Part shown: piece after piece, positions 32,201 through 42,664 of the stretch
Numbering within the stretch: position 1 is the stretch's first letter
How the letters are laid out: each line of letters opens with the position of its first letter
From: an uncultured virus (IMG/VR IMGVR_UViG_3300031890_000412)
Lineage: Duplodnaviria > Heunggongvirae > Uroviricota > Caudoviricetes
IMG/VR virus record: IMGVR_UViG_3300031890_000412
Span: 1-64,000 of that record
DNA: 64,000 nt
Reading direction: 5' to 3' (one strand)
The notes under the pieces: model-generated
Told to the model about the DNA's origin: nothing
What the model saw: the letters and a program-made list of their open reading frames with translations, nothing else
Database searches by the model: none
Made by a program: the position numbers and the translations under genes

Positions 32201-32680
32201 TCAACCGGGATGCCACCCTAGTGCTGGCGGGTGCTTAGCGTGCCAGGCACAGGCCCAGTGACCCAGCACCGCCCTGATCGCCGGGCGGCGGCACCAGTCG
32301 TGATCGAGGGCCTTCACCACCGCCCGGCAGCGATGCGTGGTTCTAGCCATGGGCGCCCGAGTAGCGGAGTTTCCCCCGGCAATCACCGCGTTGGTTCCCG
32401 GCTCCTCGCCGTGGGGACTCGGGCTTTCCAGATCAATTCGCATCGGGCACCCGTGCGAGTGTCCCAACGGATTCCAACCGCTCGGGCTCAAGCAGGTGCA
32501 TGGCCTCAGCGTCCTGGGATAAGCACTGCCGCACTCGCGAACATCCTCGCAGTCACAGATCTCATCCCTGTCGGCCTTGGCGCACCCGATTGTCGGGCTG
32601 ATCGGTCCATGCAGTCTCTCTTCATCCCACGCTTTCAGCACCTCTTCCAGCTGGGTGCCGTACACCTCGGCCAGATTCAT
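32201..32680 (-). CDS. Cys-rich hypothetical protein
   Basis: Start MNLAEVY; several Cys/His clusters. Confidence 0.45.
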   Translation of the reverse strand: MNLAEVYGTQLEEVLKAWDEERLHGPISPTIGCAKADRDEICDCEDVRECGSAYPRTLRPCTCLSPSGWNPLGHSHGCPMRIDLESPSPHGEEPGTNAVIAGGNSATRAPMARTTHRCRAVVKALDHDWCRRPAIRAVLGHWACAWHAKHPPALGWHPG

Positions 32681-33495
32681 CGGCCTATCCTCGCCAGGCA
32701 CTGCGGATGTCCTCTCTCGCTGCTCGACTCGGGGTTGGAGGCCCAGCGCCACGCCTCGGCGGGCCCGTTGACGGTGCCGTCGTTGATCTCCTGGTGGCAC
32801 CCGATGCAGACCTTGGAACCCAACGAGGGCACGCCCGCCTCGATTTTCTGTGGACCCAGGTACTCGCCGTGGCGGGTGTCTTCGAAGACGATGTTGCCGC
32901 CGCCGCCCGGGCGGAAATCGCGGGAGGATCCCTGCTGGGGGCCCAGCGGCACGCCCCAACCCGGGTTAGGGGCGGGGGTGTCGCCCACATGAATGGTGGT
33001 GCCCGGCTTGGCGTCGGCGCCGCCACCGGCCGCCCCATAGGTGGGCAGGGGCTCGCCGGTGCCCGCCTGCACGAACGTCTCGGTGGAACCCACACCCGCA
33101 CCGCCGGGTCCGACGATGGCGATCGGATTGCCTTCGCCGTCACGCAGGATGTTGTCGGCGGGGGCGCCGCCACCCATCGTCACGGGTGGCTGGCGGATCC
33201 CGTAATCGGGCTGTTGGCCGGAACCACCGCCGCCCATGTGCATGCCGGTCATGCGGGCACGGATCTCGGCGGCCGTCTCCCCGCGCTGTCCCTGGTGGAT
33301 GGTGGTCACCCCGTCGGGGGCGGTACTGGTCACCTTGGTGGCGCACAGATCGCAACGGATCGAGCCGTCAGCCCCCCACAGCCAGCCGAACGGTTTGTAC
33401 CCGGCCACTGACCGCGAAATGTCGTCGACATCGACGCGGCGCACGGTGGCGCACGATTTGCAACGCCAGTCAATGCTGATGGATTCCATAATCAT
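32677..33495 (-). CDS. Gly-rich protein with CxxC motifs
   Basis: WRCKSC, RCDLC, VCIGCH; low-complexity Gly/Pro centre. Confidence 0.6.
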   Translation of the reverse strand: MIMESISIDWRCKSCATVRRVDVDDISRSVAGYKPFGWLWGADGSIRCDLCATKVTSTAPDGVTTIHQGQRGETAAEIRARMTGMHMGGGGSGQQPDYGIRQPPVTMGGGAPADNILRDGEGNPIAIVGPGGAGVGSTETFVQAGTGEPLPTYGAAGGGADAKPGTTIHVGDTPAPNPGWGVPLGPQQGSSRDFRPGGGGNIVFEDTRHGEYLGPQKIEAGVPSLGSKVCIGCHQEINDGTVNGPAEAWRWASNPESSSERGHPQCLARIGR

Positions 33496-34820
33496 TTTGT
33501 GTCTCCCGCTAAAAGTATTTTACGCTGCCATTCCAGAAACCGCTGGTCATCGGCGAATTTATGGGCGCCGAATCTCGCATTGAATTTCGCCACCTGCCCC
33601 CAGGTCAATTCTTCGTGGTCGGGCGCCCGATTCAGGGTCTCCGAACGCAAATGCTCCACCACCGAGGACGGCACCAGCATGGGCGCGGTGCCGTGCGCCC
33701 GCGCTTGCTCCACCACGACGTCATCGGAGCACCAGCCGGTGAAACCCTCGTCGAAGCCGCCGATCTCGTGCCAGAACTGGCGGCTGACCATGAAACACCA
33801 ACCTGACAGATGGGCGCCGGTGGTGTAGCCGGTGGTGTTCTCGGTGATGTCCTGCTGGCGCTCGTCGCCGGGGCATTTGGGGCTCATCACCGGGTGATCG
33901 GCGGCAAGCAGCTGGTGCAGCCAGCCGTCGCGGAAAATCAGATCGTTGTTGGCCACCATGATCCACGGGGCGAAACCCAGCGCCGCGCCCCGGTTGGCGA
34001 AGTGGTTGTAGTTGAACTCGTCGGAGGTGTACACGGTCTGGGCGTGCTGGTAGCGCACGCCTTCGCATTGCTCGATCACCACGATGTGCACCGGCAGCGA
34101 GTTGGCGCCGGAGATGCAGGTGTTGATGGTGGTCTGGGTCATCGCCTTCATCTTGGGGGTCTCGGCCTTGGAGCTGATCACCACATCGACCAACGGTGGG
34201 ATGTTGCGCATCCGCAGCGAGCCCGGCCGGGGGATCTGCGTCTCGGTGGTGTGCGGGGACCAATCGTAGAAGTACAGCACCTTAGGGATGTGGTGCTCGC
34301 TGGACAGGTGCGGCCGGATCAGCTGGCCGTACACCGCGTCCTCGCCGTAGACGACGTTGGGGAAACTGGCCCGCCGCGCGATGCTGCGTTTGACGGCGCA
34401 GATGTGGTTGGGCAGCCGCTCATATTTATTGGGCAAGTTGCGGTTCTCCTGGAAACGAATGGAGTACTCGCACGGCTTGGGCTCCTCGCCATTCATGGAG
34501 ACTTCGACCAGAAATGTGATGACATCGGCCGGATCGACGTCGATGGCGCGCAGCAGCTCGGCGAACATATCCGGCGCAATGCGATCGTCGTCGTCGATGA
34601 ATTGCACATAGCGGCCTTGGGCCATATCGATCATGACATTGCGTTTCTCGCCCAGCATCATAGTTTTGGTGTCCGTCAACATCAGTATTTCCAGCCGAGC
34701 CTGATCCTGCTCGGGCAGGCTGTGGTACTGGGTCCAGAGCTGCTCTTGGATGGCTAGCCCGAAGGTGTTCCAGCGGGTGTGGGTTGAGCACACCAAGATA
34801 GAGAGATCGATGCCGCTCAT
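33492..34820 (-). CDS. Two-domain GT2 family glycosyltransferase
   Basis: GEKRN..AQGRYVQFIDDDD..GED and FNYNHFANRG..MVANND..GGFDE..WCSDD. Confidence 0.85.
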   Translation of the reverse strand: MSGIDLSILVCSTHTRWNTFGLAIQEQLWTQYHSLPEQDQARLEILMLTDTKTMMLGEKRNVMIDMAQGRYVQFIDDDDRIAPDMFAELLRAIDVDPADVITFLVEVSMNGEEPKPCEYSIRFQENRNLPNKYERLPNHICAVKRSIARRASFPNVVYGEDAVYGQLIRPHLSSEHHIPKVLYFYDWSPHTTETQIPRPGSLRMRNIPPLVDVVISSKAETPKMKAMTQTTINTCISGANSLPVHIVVIEQCEGVRYQHAQTVYTSDEFNYNHFANRGAALGFAPWIMVANNDLIFRDGWLHQLLAADHPVMSPKCPGDERQQDITENTTGYTTGAHLSGWCFMVSRQFWHEIGGFDEGFTGWCSDDVVVEQARAHGTAPMLVPSSVVEHLRSETLNRAPDHEELTWGQVAKFNARFGAHKFADDQRFLEWQRKILLAGDTK

Positions 34821-35446
34821 CCTTTGGTCACGATCACCATGTTGGGGTGGAAGGATACCGCCGCGATGTCGTCGTAGGCACCCACCGAGTAGTCCTGGGG
34901 GATCATCCACGCATTGACCTGATCAGCCATCCGCTTGAACCACTGCATGGCGGTGCGTCCGTAGACGTTGGGCACCTGGGCCTCGGGGTTGGGATCGGCC
35001 TCGACGGGGTTGTCAGCGTAGTAGCTGGTCATCAGGTCTTCGACGATGTAGAAACCGTGCATCTTGAGCCTCGACCACCAGTTGATGAAGCTGGTGATGG
35101 TCTTCGAACTGAGGTGGCTGGCGTCGTCGATGATGACGTCGAAGGTGGCGTCCTGCAGGCCTGGGGGGATCTCGGCCTGGTCGCAGACATGGGTACACAC
35201 CCGGTCACTGAAGCGCAGGCTGTCATAGGTGATGGCGCGATCAATGCCGTGGATTTGGGCGCCGGGGTGGGTGAAGTACTCGTCCCACATGGCCAGGCTG
35301 GCGCCCTTCCAGATGCCCAGCTCCAACAGGGAGATGGGCTGGTCGCGCCACGGGGTGAACAGCCGGTCGTAGATCCAGGTGTAATTATGCTCGGAACTGC
35401 TCTTGTCGGTCCCGTGTTGCAGCCCCAGCTCGTCCAGTGTCGCCAT
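34817..35446 (-). CDS. Class I SAM-dependent (sugar O-)methyltransferase
   Basis: GTDK..HNYTWIY, LLELGI..GASL..W, FDVIIDDASH, YIVEDL. Confidence 0.8.
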   Translation of the reverse strand: MATLDELGLQHGTDKSSSEHNYTWIYDRLFTPWRDQPISLLELGIWKGASLAMWDEYFTHPGAQIHGIDRAITYDSLRFSDRVCTHVCDQAEIPPGLQDATFDVIIDDASHLSSKTITSFINWWSRLKMHGFYIVEDLMTSYYADNPVEADPNPEAQVPNVYGRTAMQWFKRMADQVNAWMIPQDYSVGAYDDIAAVSFHPNMVIVTKG

Positions 35447-35590
35447 TCCCCTGTGCCTTATCGATCAGGGCGGCGTGGAAGGCGCAGTACCAATCCAGCC
35501 GACCATGAAACGTGCGTAACGCGTCCCCTGGCTCTGAGCAGCGCGTATCTGAGCATAGTGCACCTGGCTGGTGTTTATCGGCATAGCTGC

Positions 35591-36055
35591 TCACTCGCTG
35601 CTGATCTCCTCATGCTTGGTCACCATCCCGATCGCGCGCAGCGTCTCGGCCACCGCGATCGCGCTGTTCTTGGACTCGCAGTGGGTGCGGATCGTGTAGG
35701 CGACCTCACCCTCGGTGACCGGCCACCCGGCCAGCACATAGACGCCGGGTATCGGGGTGGGCGGGGGAGGCTCGCACTCCCATTCATGCGCCTCGGCGGA
35801 CGCCACTGCCATCTCCCGCTCGGGATAGGCACCGACCGGGATCCAGCCGTGCTCGCGGTGGCGGGCCCAATGTTGCCACACCGGATCATCGGTGTGGGTG
35901 AGCAGGGCATGACAGTCTGCCGCCCACAGCTGGTCGAGGTGCTTGTAGACGAAGAAATGCCCATCGGGGCCTTCACGCCGGTGGGCCCTGATGTCGCGGC
36001 GCATCTGCTGGGCCAACAGCGAGGTCGGTGAATGCGGGGTCCACAGCAGGGTCAT
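35591..36055 (-). CDS. Hypothetical protein
   Basis: Coupled ORF between the protease and methyltransferase. Confidence 0.55.
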   Translation of the reverse strand: MTLLWTPHSPTSLLAQQMRRDIRAHRREGPDGHFFVYKHLDQLWAADCHALLTHTDDPVWQHWARHREHGWIPVGAYPEREMAVASAEAHEWECEPPPPTPIPGVYVLAGWPVTEGEVAYTIRTHCESKNSAIAVAETLRAIGMVTKHEEISSE

Positions 36056-36789
36056 GCGGCAATCTGCGGCACCACCACATCCCCCTGAGCCGCGATGAGG
36101 CGCTGGTAGTCACTGAACGTGACATAAAACGAGCCGTTCTGGCCCCAGCTGGAACCCCAGCTGTTGCGGAATTTGAGCAGCTTGGTGACCGGGTTGAAGC
36201 CCAGCGCCAGATATTCGTGGCCACCGGCGATGTTGGAGTCGTCCAGACTGCCCACGATGACCAGGCCGGTGACCGGGTCGGCGTTCTCCATGTCATTGGT
36301 CCAAGCGGTGCCGACCACCACCGGCTGGGTGGCCAGGGCATGCAGCAGCATCTGGAAGCTGAAGGTGTGCTGGTAGTTGCGGACGTAGCCCAGCTGCTGA
36401 CAGGCCTTCACCCCGCCCAGGCCCGAGCTGCCGTCGTCATCGGGCGGGAAGAACCCGGTGGACGAATCGTGCAGCCCGTCCAGATGGGTGGCCAGCCCGT
36501 AGATGTTTAGCGCATCGCCCTCGGTGAACCACTCCTTGTGCAACCGCTGGCGCAGCGGGGCGGCATAACTGGTGTTGAGGAACTGCGCGAAACCATTGCC
36601 GACGCAGCCGTTGTAGTTCATCTGGTTGAGCGCCGGGGCGTCCATCGCCCACTCCACCGGGTGGGTGGGCAGCGGTGCGGTGGGGGCGAAGGCATAGAGC
36701 AGGGATCGCGAATCGTGTTCAACGTGGCGGCCGAGGCCATGTGCGCGGTTGGGGTCGACGACATCGAGACGTACGACGTGCACGGTCAC
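36052..36789 (-). CDS. Papain-like (C1A) cysteine peptidase
   Basis: NQMNYNGCVG (Gln/Cys), GGHE (His), RNSWGSSWGQNG (Asn). Confidence 0.85.
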   Translation of the reverse strand: MTVHVVRLDVVDPNRAHGLGRHVEHDSRSLLYAFAPTAPLPTHPVEWAMDAPALNQMNYNGCVGNGFAQFLNTSYAAPLRQRLHKEWFTEGDALNIYGLATHLDGLHDSSTGFFPPDDDGSSGLGGVKACQQLGYVRNYQHTFSFQMLLHALATQPVVVGTAWTNDMENADPVTGLVIVGSLDDSNIAGGHEYLALGFNPVTKLLKFRNSWGSSWGQNGSFYVTFSDYQRLIAAQGDVVVPQIAA

Positions 36790-36925
36790 GTAGGCTCCTC
36801 GATGGTGATCTCGGTCCATTCACAGTCGCGGCGCGGCAGCTGCTCGCCCATGATCTCTTTGGCTTCCTCGGGGCTTTCCGCTTCGATCTCCTCGGTGCCC
36901 CCGACGGCCCAGCCGACCAGGAACT

Positions 36926-37366
36926 TCATGTGATCACTTTGCGAATCGGGTCTTCGTAGAGCTGGCCACCACTGCCCGGGCGCACGTAACCGGCGATGCC
37001 GTCGGCCTGGCCGGTCACCACCTCATGGCGGTATCTATCGTGGTCGGTTTCGCTTTCGGGATCGGTGCGCGCGCAGATGGTCACGGTGGGCAGGTACATG
37101 TTGGTGGAGCTGCCATCGAGGTTGCGGGCCTCGTCCCAGGTGACGCTCACCAGAAAGCCCGCCTCACCGAACAAATCGACAGCGGCGCCGTGGAACTCGT
37201 CCATGGTGCGATCGTCGAAGCGAGTGTTCTCGAAGCGGGCCCGCAGGTCGCGGAATGCGCGGCGGATCTTCGGGATTTCGGAAGGATATGGTTCCGTATC
37301 TGGCAGGGGATCCGGCGCGGGATTGGGTTCGCTACCCAACCGGCGGACAGACTCGGGTCGTGTCAC
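36926..37366 (-). CDS. Hypothetical protein
   Basis: 146-aa ORF with phage-like codon usage. Confidence 0.6.
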   Translation of the reverse strand: MTRPESVRRLGSEPNPAPDPLPDTEPYPSEIPKIRRAFRDLRARFENTRFDDRTMDEFHGAAVDLFGEAGFLVSVTWDEARNLDGSSTNMYLPTVTICARTDPESETDHDRYRHEVVTGQADGIAGYVRPGSGGQLYEDPIRKVIT

Positions 37367-37401
37367 GTACCCAACCCTAACGCGGCGGGGGGCTTTCTGG
37401 G

Positions 37402-37578
37402 TTAAGTCTCGGCGTGCAACGCCACAATGATGCGACCCTTGCCGTCGGAGCCCTTCTCCACACTGACGTCGGCGGGCGTGTCCTCCCCCATCACCTGCCT
37501 AACTTCTTCCCACCACGCGGTGGCCTCGTCCAATTTGCACGGGACTACGAGCTGCAAGGTGGTGTAAGTGTCGGCCAT
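37402..37578 (-). CDS. Small hypothetical protein
   Basis: MADTYTT with SD AAGGAG. Confidence 0.55.
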   Translation of the reverse strand: MADTYTTLQLVVPCKLDEATAWWEEVRQVMGEDTPADVSVEKGSDGKGRIIVALHAET

Positions 37579-37753
37579 TTGGGACTCCTTGGGCATTAAA
37601 GAGGCGTCCGAGGAGACACACAGTACTCGGACGCCTAGGCCAACAGTAACAGCTGAAGATGTGCGGTGTGACGGCCCCAAAAACGACGTTATACTCTGTA
37701 GGTACATTAGAGCAAGATTGGAAGAGACACATAACCATGACCAAGGCCCCCTG

Positions 37754-38128
37754 ATGTCCATTGCCGACCTCATTCCCCCCGAATACCTCTGGTGCCGAGA
37801 CATGAAGCACAGCTGGGATCCGGACAGCCTCGTCTCACGCGAACACTTCAACCGACGTGTCGAACGCTGGGAGATCTGGCGTAGTTTCCGCTGCCTGTTC
37901 TGCGGCGGGCACAAGACCCAGAAGCTGACCAAGGCCTACCAGCTGCTGGGCACCAGCTACGAGTACGCGCCCAACTACACCATCGACGGCGGTCCCGGCT
38001 ATCGACTCACGGCCGAGGATCGCGCCCAGATCAGGGCGCTGTCCACCGCGATACGCGGTGGGGTGGAGAAACCCAGCACCGAAGACCGCGCCGAAGCCCG
38101 CAAGACCACACCCAGGAAAAAGCCATGA
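37754..38128 (+). CDS. Putative zinc-binding protein
   Basis: LWCRDMKHSW...RCLFCGG; preceded by coupled uORF MTKAP*. Confidence 0.65.
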   Translation: MSIADLIPPEYLWCRDMKHSWDPDSLVSREHFNRRVERWEIWRSFRCLFCGGHKTQKLTKAYQLLGTSYEYAPNYTIDGGPGYRLTAEDRAQIRALSTAIRGGVEKPSTEDRAEARKTTPRKKP

Positions 38129-38550
38129 AGATCGAGATCAACCCCGCGACCGGACTCATCACCGCCGAGATCGAAGACAACAGCAGCGCGGCCTCCTTCG
38201 TGCGCGAGCTGCTGAGCGGCCACGCGGTCCCCGCGCCCAAGGCGATCGAATCCAAGCGGGTGGCCAAGCCTGCACCGAAGAAGCGTCGCCGCCGGAAACT
38301 GGCGCCGCCGCGCCCCGAGCGTCCGATCTCCAAGCCCCTCGATGAGACTTGGGCCTGGATGGCGGCTGCGGACCGGCCGGAGGGAATCACCGCCCGAGAA
38401 ATCGCGGGGGCGTTCGACCTCACCAACGCCGGTGCAACCTGGCGCATCAACAGGCTGATCGAGCGCGATATGGTGTGGTTGGTCAGCCGTGGACGCTACC
38501 GGGTGGGCTCGGCCCATGACGCCGAAGTCCTACTCAATGGCTCACGCTGA
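38125..38550 (+). CDS. Winged-HTH DNA-binding protein
   Basis: GITAREIAGAFDLTNAGATWRINRLIERDMV..VSRGRYR. Confidence 0.75.
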   Translation: MKIEINPATGLITAEIEDNSSAASFVRELLSGHAVPAPKAIESKRVAKPAPKKRRRRKLAPPRPERPISKPLDETWAWMAAADRPEGITAREIAGAFDLTNAGATWRINRLIERDMVWLVSRGRYRVGSAHDAEVLLNGSR

Positions 38551-38833
38551 GTGGACGAAGCGGGACTGTGGTGCCGACCAGGCATCCGTGTGATCGCACA
38601 TCTTCCTGGACTTGTTATTGCCCGCTAAGCCGTCGTTCTCAAAGAAGCATTTTCCCTCTCGCGGCACCTCGCTTAACACCTGTGAGGTTACCAGAACAAT
38701 CCCACCGTGGAACCTTCCAGACTGGGTTTCAGGCTGACGCCGGTGGTTTTCTCGACATGCTGACAGAACGGCGTGCGCAGCCACAGCGCCCACCACAGGC
38801 TCAACGTCGGGAAGAACGTGGGGCCGTGCTCGG

Positions 38834-39838
38834 TCAGGCCTCGACCAGGAGGCGTTCGCACTTGGCGCACCTCTCGATCATCCGCGCGGTGTCCCAGGCC
38901 AAGCGGCCACCCAACGACTGCAGGCGGCTGCGTGTGTCGTAGGCGTGGACCTGGTTGGCCACCAAGGTCACCGCCTGGGTGACGTCGTAGACGGTGGTGC
39001 CATCCTCGGGAAGCTGGCGCACCTGCTCGATGACGGCATGCGTGAGAGCGGAGGAGAGCCGGTATTCGTGGGCCAGCTGCTCGGCGAAACTCACCGGATG
39101 CCCGGGGACCGGGATGTCAGCCGTCTGCTTGTAGCGATCCAGATGCTCGTCCATGGTGGAAAGCAGCTCCTCGGCGGCGATCTCCATGGAGGCCAACACC
39201 TCGGGCATGGTCATCCCGGTGATGGTGATCTTCCCGTCGCTCTCCGAGGTGGTCATCCCGTTGGTGCACACCAGCCGGTGGAAGTAGCGCGACACGCTGG
39301 GGGCCTTGACCCGATCGGGATAGGCCAGAAAGCGGATACCGCCCTCGGTGATGTCCCCCACCTCGGGTCGACCGAGGATCCCCTTTGGGTTGGGGACGTC
39401 CACCTTATGGTCGGCGGTGGTGACGTCGAGGTGGAAGCGTTTCTCCTCGCGGGTGAGCTGGCGGATCTCGTCCTCAGGCTTGAACACGGTTTCCACCAGC
39501 TTGCCAACGCGTGCCACCGGGATCATCATCAGGCCGGGGCTGAACATGCTCACGATGCCATTGTCGACGGACTCCAACACCACGTCGGCCCGGGCTTTTT
39601 GGTCCCGCCAGAATTTCAGTGTCTCGGCGCGAAAATCGGGCGGGCAGTCCCGAAGATACTGCACCGGCAGCTTGAGATAACGGGCCAGAATGTTGAGCGC
39701 CTGCTCGTCAAGCGCGAACTGCCCGTCGTTAATCGTGATCGTCGAACAGTCGTCCGCGATGGCCAGATCGCCCAGCCGTACGATCCGGCGTGTCTCTTGA
39801 CGTTTGGCCAGGCTCTCCGCTAATTCGGCCACCTTCAT
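38834..39838 (-). CDS. DUF932-like protein
   Basis: RLVCTNGM motif, TVYDVTQAVT. Confidence 0.6.
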   Translation of the reverse strand: MKVAELAESLAKRQETRRIVRLGDLAIADDCSTITINDGQFALDEQALNILARYLKLPVQYLRDCPPDFRAETLKFWRDQKARADVVLESVDNGIVSMFSPGLMMIPVARVGKLVETVFKPEDEIRQLTREEKRFHLDVTTADHKVDVPNPKGILGRPEVGDITEGGIRFLAYPDRVKAPSVSRYFHRLVCTNGMTTSESDGKITITGMTMPEVLASMEIAAEELLSTMDEHLDRYKQTADIPVPGHPVSFAEQLAHEYRLSSALTHAVIEQVRQLPEDGTTVYDVTQAVTLVANQVHAYDTRSRLQSLGGRLAWDTARMIERCAKCERLLVEA

Positions 39839-40009
39839 GTGTGTCTCCTCGAAGCGTTGGGGGAAAGTTGGGCGAAGATTTCACTATAGTCCTCGGCCGG
39901 TAAATGGACACACCTTCAGCCGGGTCGACGCGGTGCTCGCAGGCCACAGCCAGCAACAGGAAGCGGCACGGCCGGTAATGCCAGCCGTCGGTGCGCCTGC
40001 AGTGACAAC

Positions 40010-41134
40010 TCAGATCTGGCGGGGTATTTGCAATGCGTTCCATGCCACCTGCAAAGAGTGTTCAACGCCGGTCACCACTTTGGTCGTGGTGAGATACGGG
40101 AATGCCGTCTCGGAGGCCGGGGTGTTAATGATCGTGGGAGGCACACCCAGGCTGGGCTGCAGCTGTAGGGTGCCACCCAGATAGGAGCCGTCGGCCGTCG
40201 AGCCCAGCGGCACCTTGGCAGCTGTCACCGCACCGGGGTCCCAGCCCTGGATCGGAGTACCTAACGGCACCCACGAGCGGGTGCGCAGCTGGGTGAAGAT
40301 CTGCGCGTTCATGTTGCCGCCCGAGGCGGCCTGCACGGTGGACAAGTAGAGGGTCTTGCGCCAGCCAGCGGCGGACAGCGGGCCGTCGCTACGCAGCCCA
40401 GGCTCGGGTGCGGCGTTGACCGGATTGGGATCCCAGCCGCTGCCGGTGCCGAACTGCCACGCCAGACTGCCACCACCAGCGGGGTTGCGGGCCGAAGTAA
40501 ACGAGTTGACGCCCACCGCGCTCCATCGCTTGCGGGCGGTGAACACGTGGCCGTCTGAGTCGGTGCCGTACACCGTCAGGTATCCCCGGGCGGTCGAAAT
40601 CCCCTTGTCGAAACTCACACCCTGTGCAGAAAGGTTGGGGATAACCTCCTCGGCCACCGGCACCAGCCGCCCGCCGGTGGCCACGCGGAAATGCTGCAGC
40701 AGGCCGCTGGTCTGGGCGCCCTGCGTGACACTGTGCAGCAGATAGAGGTACGGGGTGCCCACGCTGGTCCCGGCGTTGAGCACAGCGGAGTCCACCGGCG
40801 TGACGATCGGGATGACCGGCGTGTTGTCGATCAGCGTGCGCGCGCCGCTGGGGCCCAGAATGAACCAGCTGGGTGTGGTGTGCTCGGTGTAGTCGCTGAA
40901 AAAACCGGGATTGCTGGTTGACGGGGTAGCCGTCGTCCAGCGCCGGGAGAATGCGGCCAGCATCTGGGTGGAGCTGATCTGGTGAATGTGTACCGGCGCC
41001 CCGGCCGCGATCGTGGTGTTGTCGTAGAAGGCGCCCAGCCGGGAGCTGGTCGCGTTGCGGGTGGCGGTGACGATGGAGGCGCCCAGCAGATCCACGGCGC
41101 TGGACAGCACCTGTGCCGCCGGGTTGCTAGCCAT
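40010..41134 (-). CDS. Probable virion (minor tail) protein
   Basis: T/S/G/A-rich, beta-propeller-like composition. Confidence 0.5.
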   Translation of the reverse strand: MASNPAAQVLSSAVDLLGASIVTATRNATSSRLGAFYDNTTIAAGAPVHIHQISSTQMLAAFSRRWTTATPSTSNPGFFSDYTEHTTPSWFILGPSGARTLIDNTPVIPIVTPVDSAVLNAGTSVGTPYLYLLHSVTQGAQTSGLLQHFRVATGGRLVPVAEEVIPNLSAQGVSFDKGISTARGYLTVYGTDSDGHVFTARKRWSAVGVNSFTSARNPAGGGSLAWQFGTGSGWDPNPVNAAPEPGLRSDGPLSAAGWRKTLYLSTVQAASGGNMNAQIFTQLRTRSWVPLGTPIQGWDPGAVTAAKVPLGSTADGSYLGGTLQLQPSLGVPPTIINTPASETAFPYLTTTKVVTGVEHSLQVAWNALQIPRQI

Positions 41135-41867
41135 CGAACTCGTCGTCGTCGTCGAAGTCGGCCTCGGTCCCCGGGTCGAACACGTCGTCGATGACTTCCT
41201 CGACCCGCGCGGTCAGCGCGGGCACGGCTATCGGCTGATCGCTGTTGACCTTGGCGCTGATCGCGTCCCACATCTGTGGGGGCACCACCTCTTTGACCGC
41301 GCTGATGATGCGGTGCACCTCGGCCATCATCTCAGCGTGTTGCATCTCGCCGGTGGACCGGCGCTCGATCTCGGCCAGCCGCGCCGCCGCCGTCATGCCT
41401 TCACCCACCGTGACCACCGTGGTGGGTTGGATCAAGTGCTCATGGGCCCGCTGCATGACGGTTTCCAGGAAGGCCAAATGCGTGACCGTCTCCCCAATGC
41501 CGTTCTCGTAGTCGCGGCCGAACTGCATCTCACGTTTGAGCCCGATGCTGCGGTAGATCGCCCACGACGGATTGTCGAGCGCGAAATGTTGCTCCGCGTG
41601 GTGCTTGATGATGCGCTGGGTGATGGGGCCACGGCCCTGCTTTTTGCGCGCCGGGTTGATTGAGGTGCCGAGAATCTGATGGACGTCGCGATAGCTGTGC
41701 ATACGGGCCAGCAGGTTGTTGACCAGGATCCGCGTCGAGGGATCCTGACACACCCGGCACCGGGGCTCAATCTTGACTTCCAGCTTGAGCTTGCCCTCTT
41801 CGCGCAACCGCGCCATCTCCGCAGCGACGGCCGCGTCGATGTCGTAATCGGTGGCCAGCTCAGTCAT
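41127..41867 (-). CDS. Hypothetical protein (CxxC...HH; possible terminase small subunit-like)
   Basis: EPRCRVCQ...IKHHAEQHF; acidic tail. Confidence 0.5.
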   Translation of the reverse strand: MTELATDYDIDAAVAAEMARLREEGKLKLEVKIEPRCRVCQDPSTRILVNNLLARMHSYRDVHQILGTSINPARKKQGRGPITQRIIKHHAEQHFALDNPSWAIYRSIGLKREMQFGRDYENGIGETVTHLAFLETVMQRAHEHLIQPTTVVTVGEGMTAAARLAEIERRSTGEMQHAEMMAEVHRIISAVKEVVPPQMWDAISAKVNSDQPIAVPALTARVEEVIDDVFDPGTEADFDDDDEFDG

Positions 41868-42169
41868 TCGTCGGCCTGCTTGAGTTTGACCGGCCGCTGC
41901 CCGGCCCACGGATTGTAGGCACGGCGATACATGCCATGCGACAAAGCCCGGTCCGGTGCGCCGTAGGGGCCGATAAGCTCACGCGACCATCGTAGTGCCA
42001 GCTGGTCAGCGGTGAGGTAGTCCACTTCACGTCCCTGCTCACGCAGGCGGCGCCGGTCGGCGGCCAGAATCTTCTCGGCGTCGTCTTCGACGGAGAAATC
42101 CACTCCGCTGCGCAACGGCAGGATGTTGGGTGGAGGGGCGGTATCAAACCTTCCATCCTCGGCAAACAC
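41864..42169 (-). CDS. Hypothetical protein
   Basis: GMYRRAYNP; GTG start with SD GAGGAG. Confidence 0.55.
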   Translation of the reverse strand: MFAEDGRFDTAPPPNILPLRSGVDFSVEDDAEKILAADRRRLREQGREVDYLTADQLALRWSRELIGPYGAPDRALSHGMYRRAYNPWAGQRPVKLKQADE

Positions 42170-42178
42170 TGGGGCTCC

Positions 42179-42655
42179 TCAGGCAGATATGAGCTGCTCC
42201 CGTTCGTCCTCGAACGCGGGCAATGAGGTGGCGGTGTCGGCCGTCTCAGGGGTGCACTTCGAGCGCTTGACGTAGATCCTTGGTACCCAGGTCCCGGCCT
42301 GCTTTTCGTCATAGGCCTTGACCATGCGTGCCAACGCGGTGTCGGCGTACTGCTGTATGGGGGTGCTCCACTGGCTCTCCGGCAGCATGATGTCGGTGGC
42401 CGCGCCCTCGGTGAACCCGCGCAGGCAGATCAGCTCGAAGGCTTCCCGCTGGCGATCAGGCAACGACAGGATGCCGGTCATCAGATCCGGCAGGTAGATC
42501 TCCTCCACCCCCAGGACGGTATCGACGACCACGATGATGCCCGGCATTTCCATTTCGCCGGATTCGATAAGAGCCTTGAAATGTTCGAGATGTTGAAAGC
42601 ACCGCTTGAATATCTGTAGCCTGCGCTTGGTGGGATCATCGGGTAAGCGGCGCAT
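42179..42655 (-). CDS. Sigma70 region 4-like HTH protein
   Basis: LPDRQREAFELICLRGFTEGAATDIM. Confidence 0.65.
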   Translation of the reverse strand: MRRLPDDPTKRRLQIFKRCFQHLEHFKALIESGEMEMPGIIVVVDTVLGVEEIYLPDLMTGILSLPDRQREAFELICLRGFTEGAATDIMLPESQWSTPIQQYADTALARMVKAYDEKQAGTWVPRIYVKRSKCTPETADTATSLPAFEDEREQLISA

Positions 42656-42664
42656 TTCTGGTCC

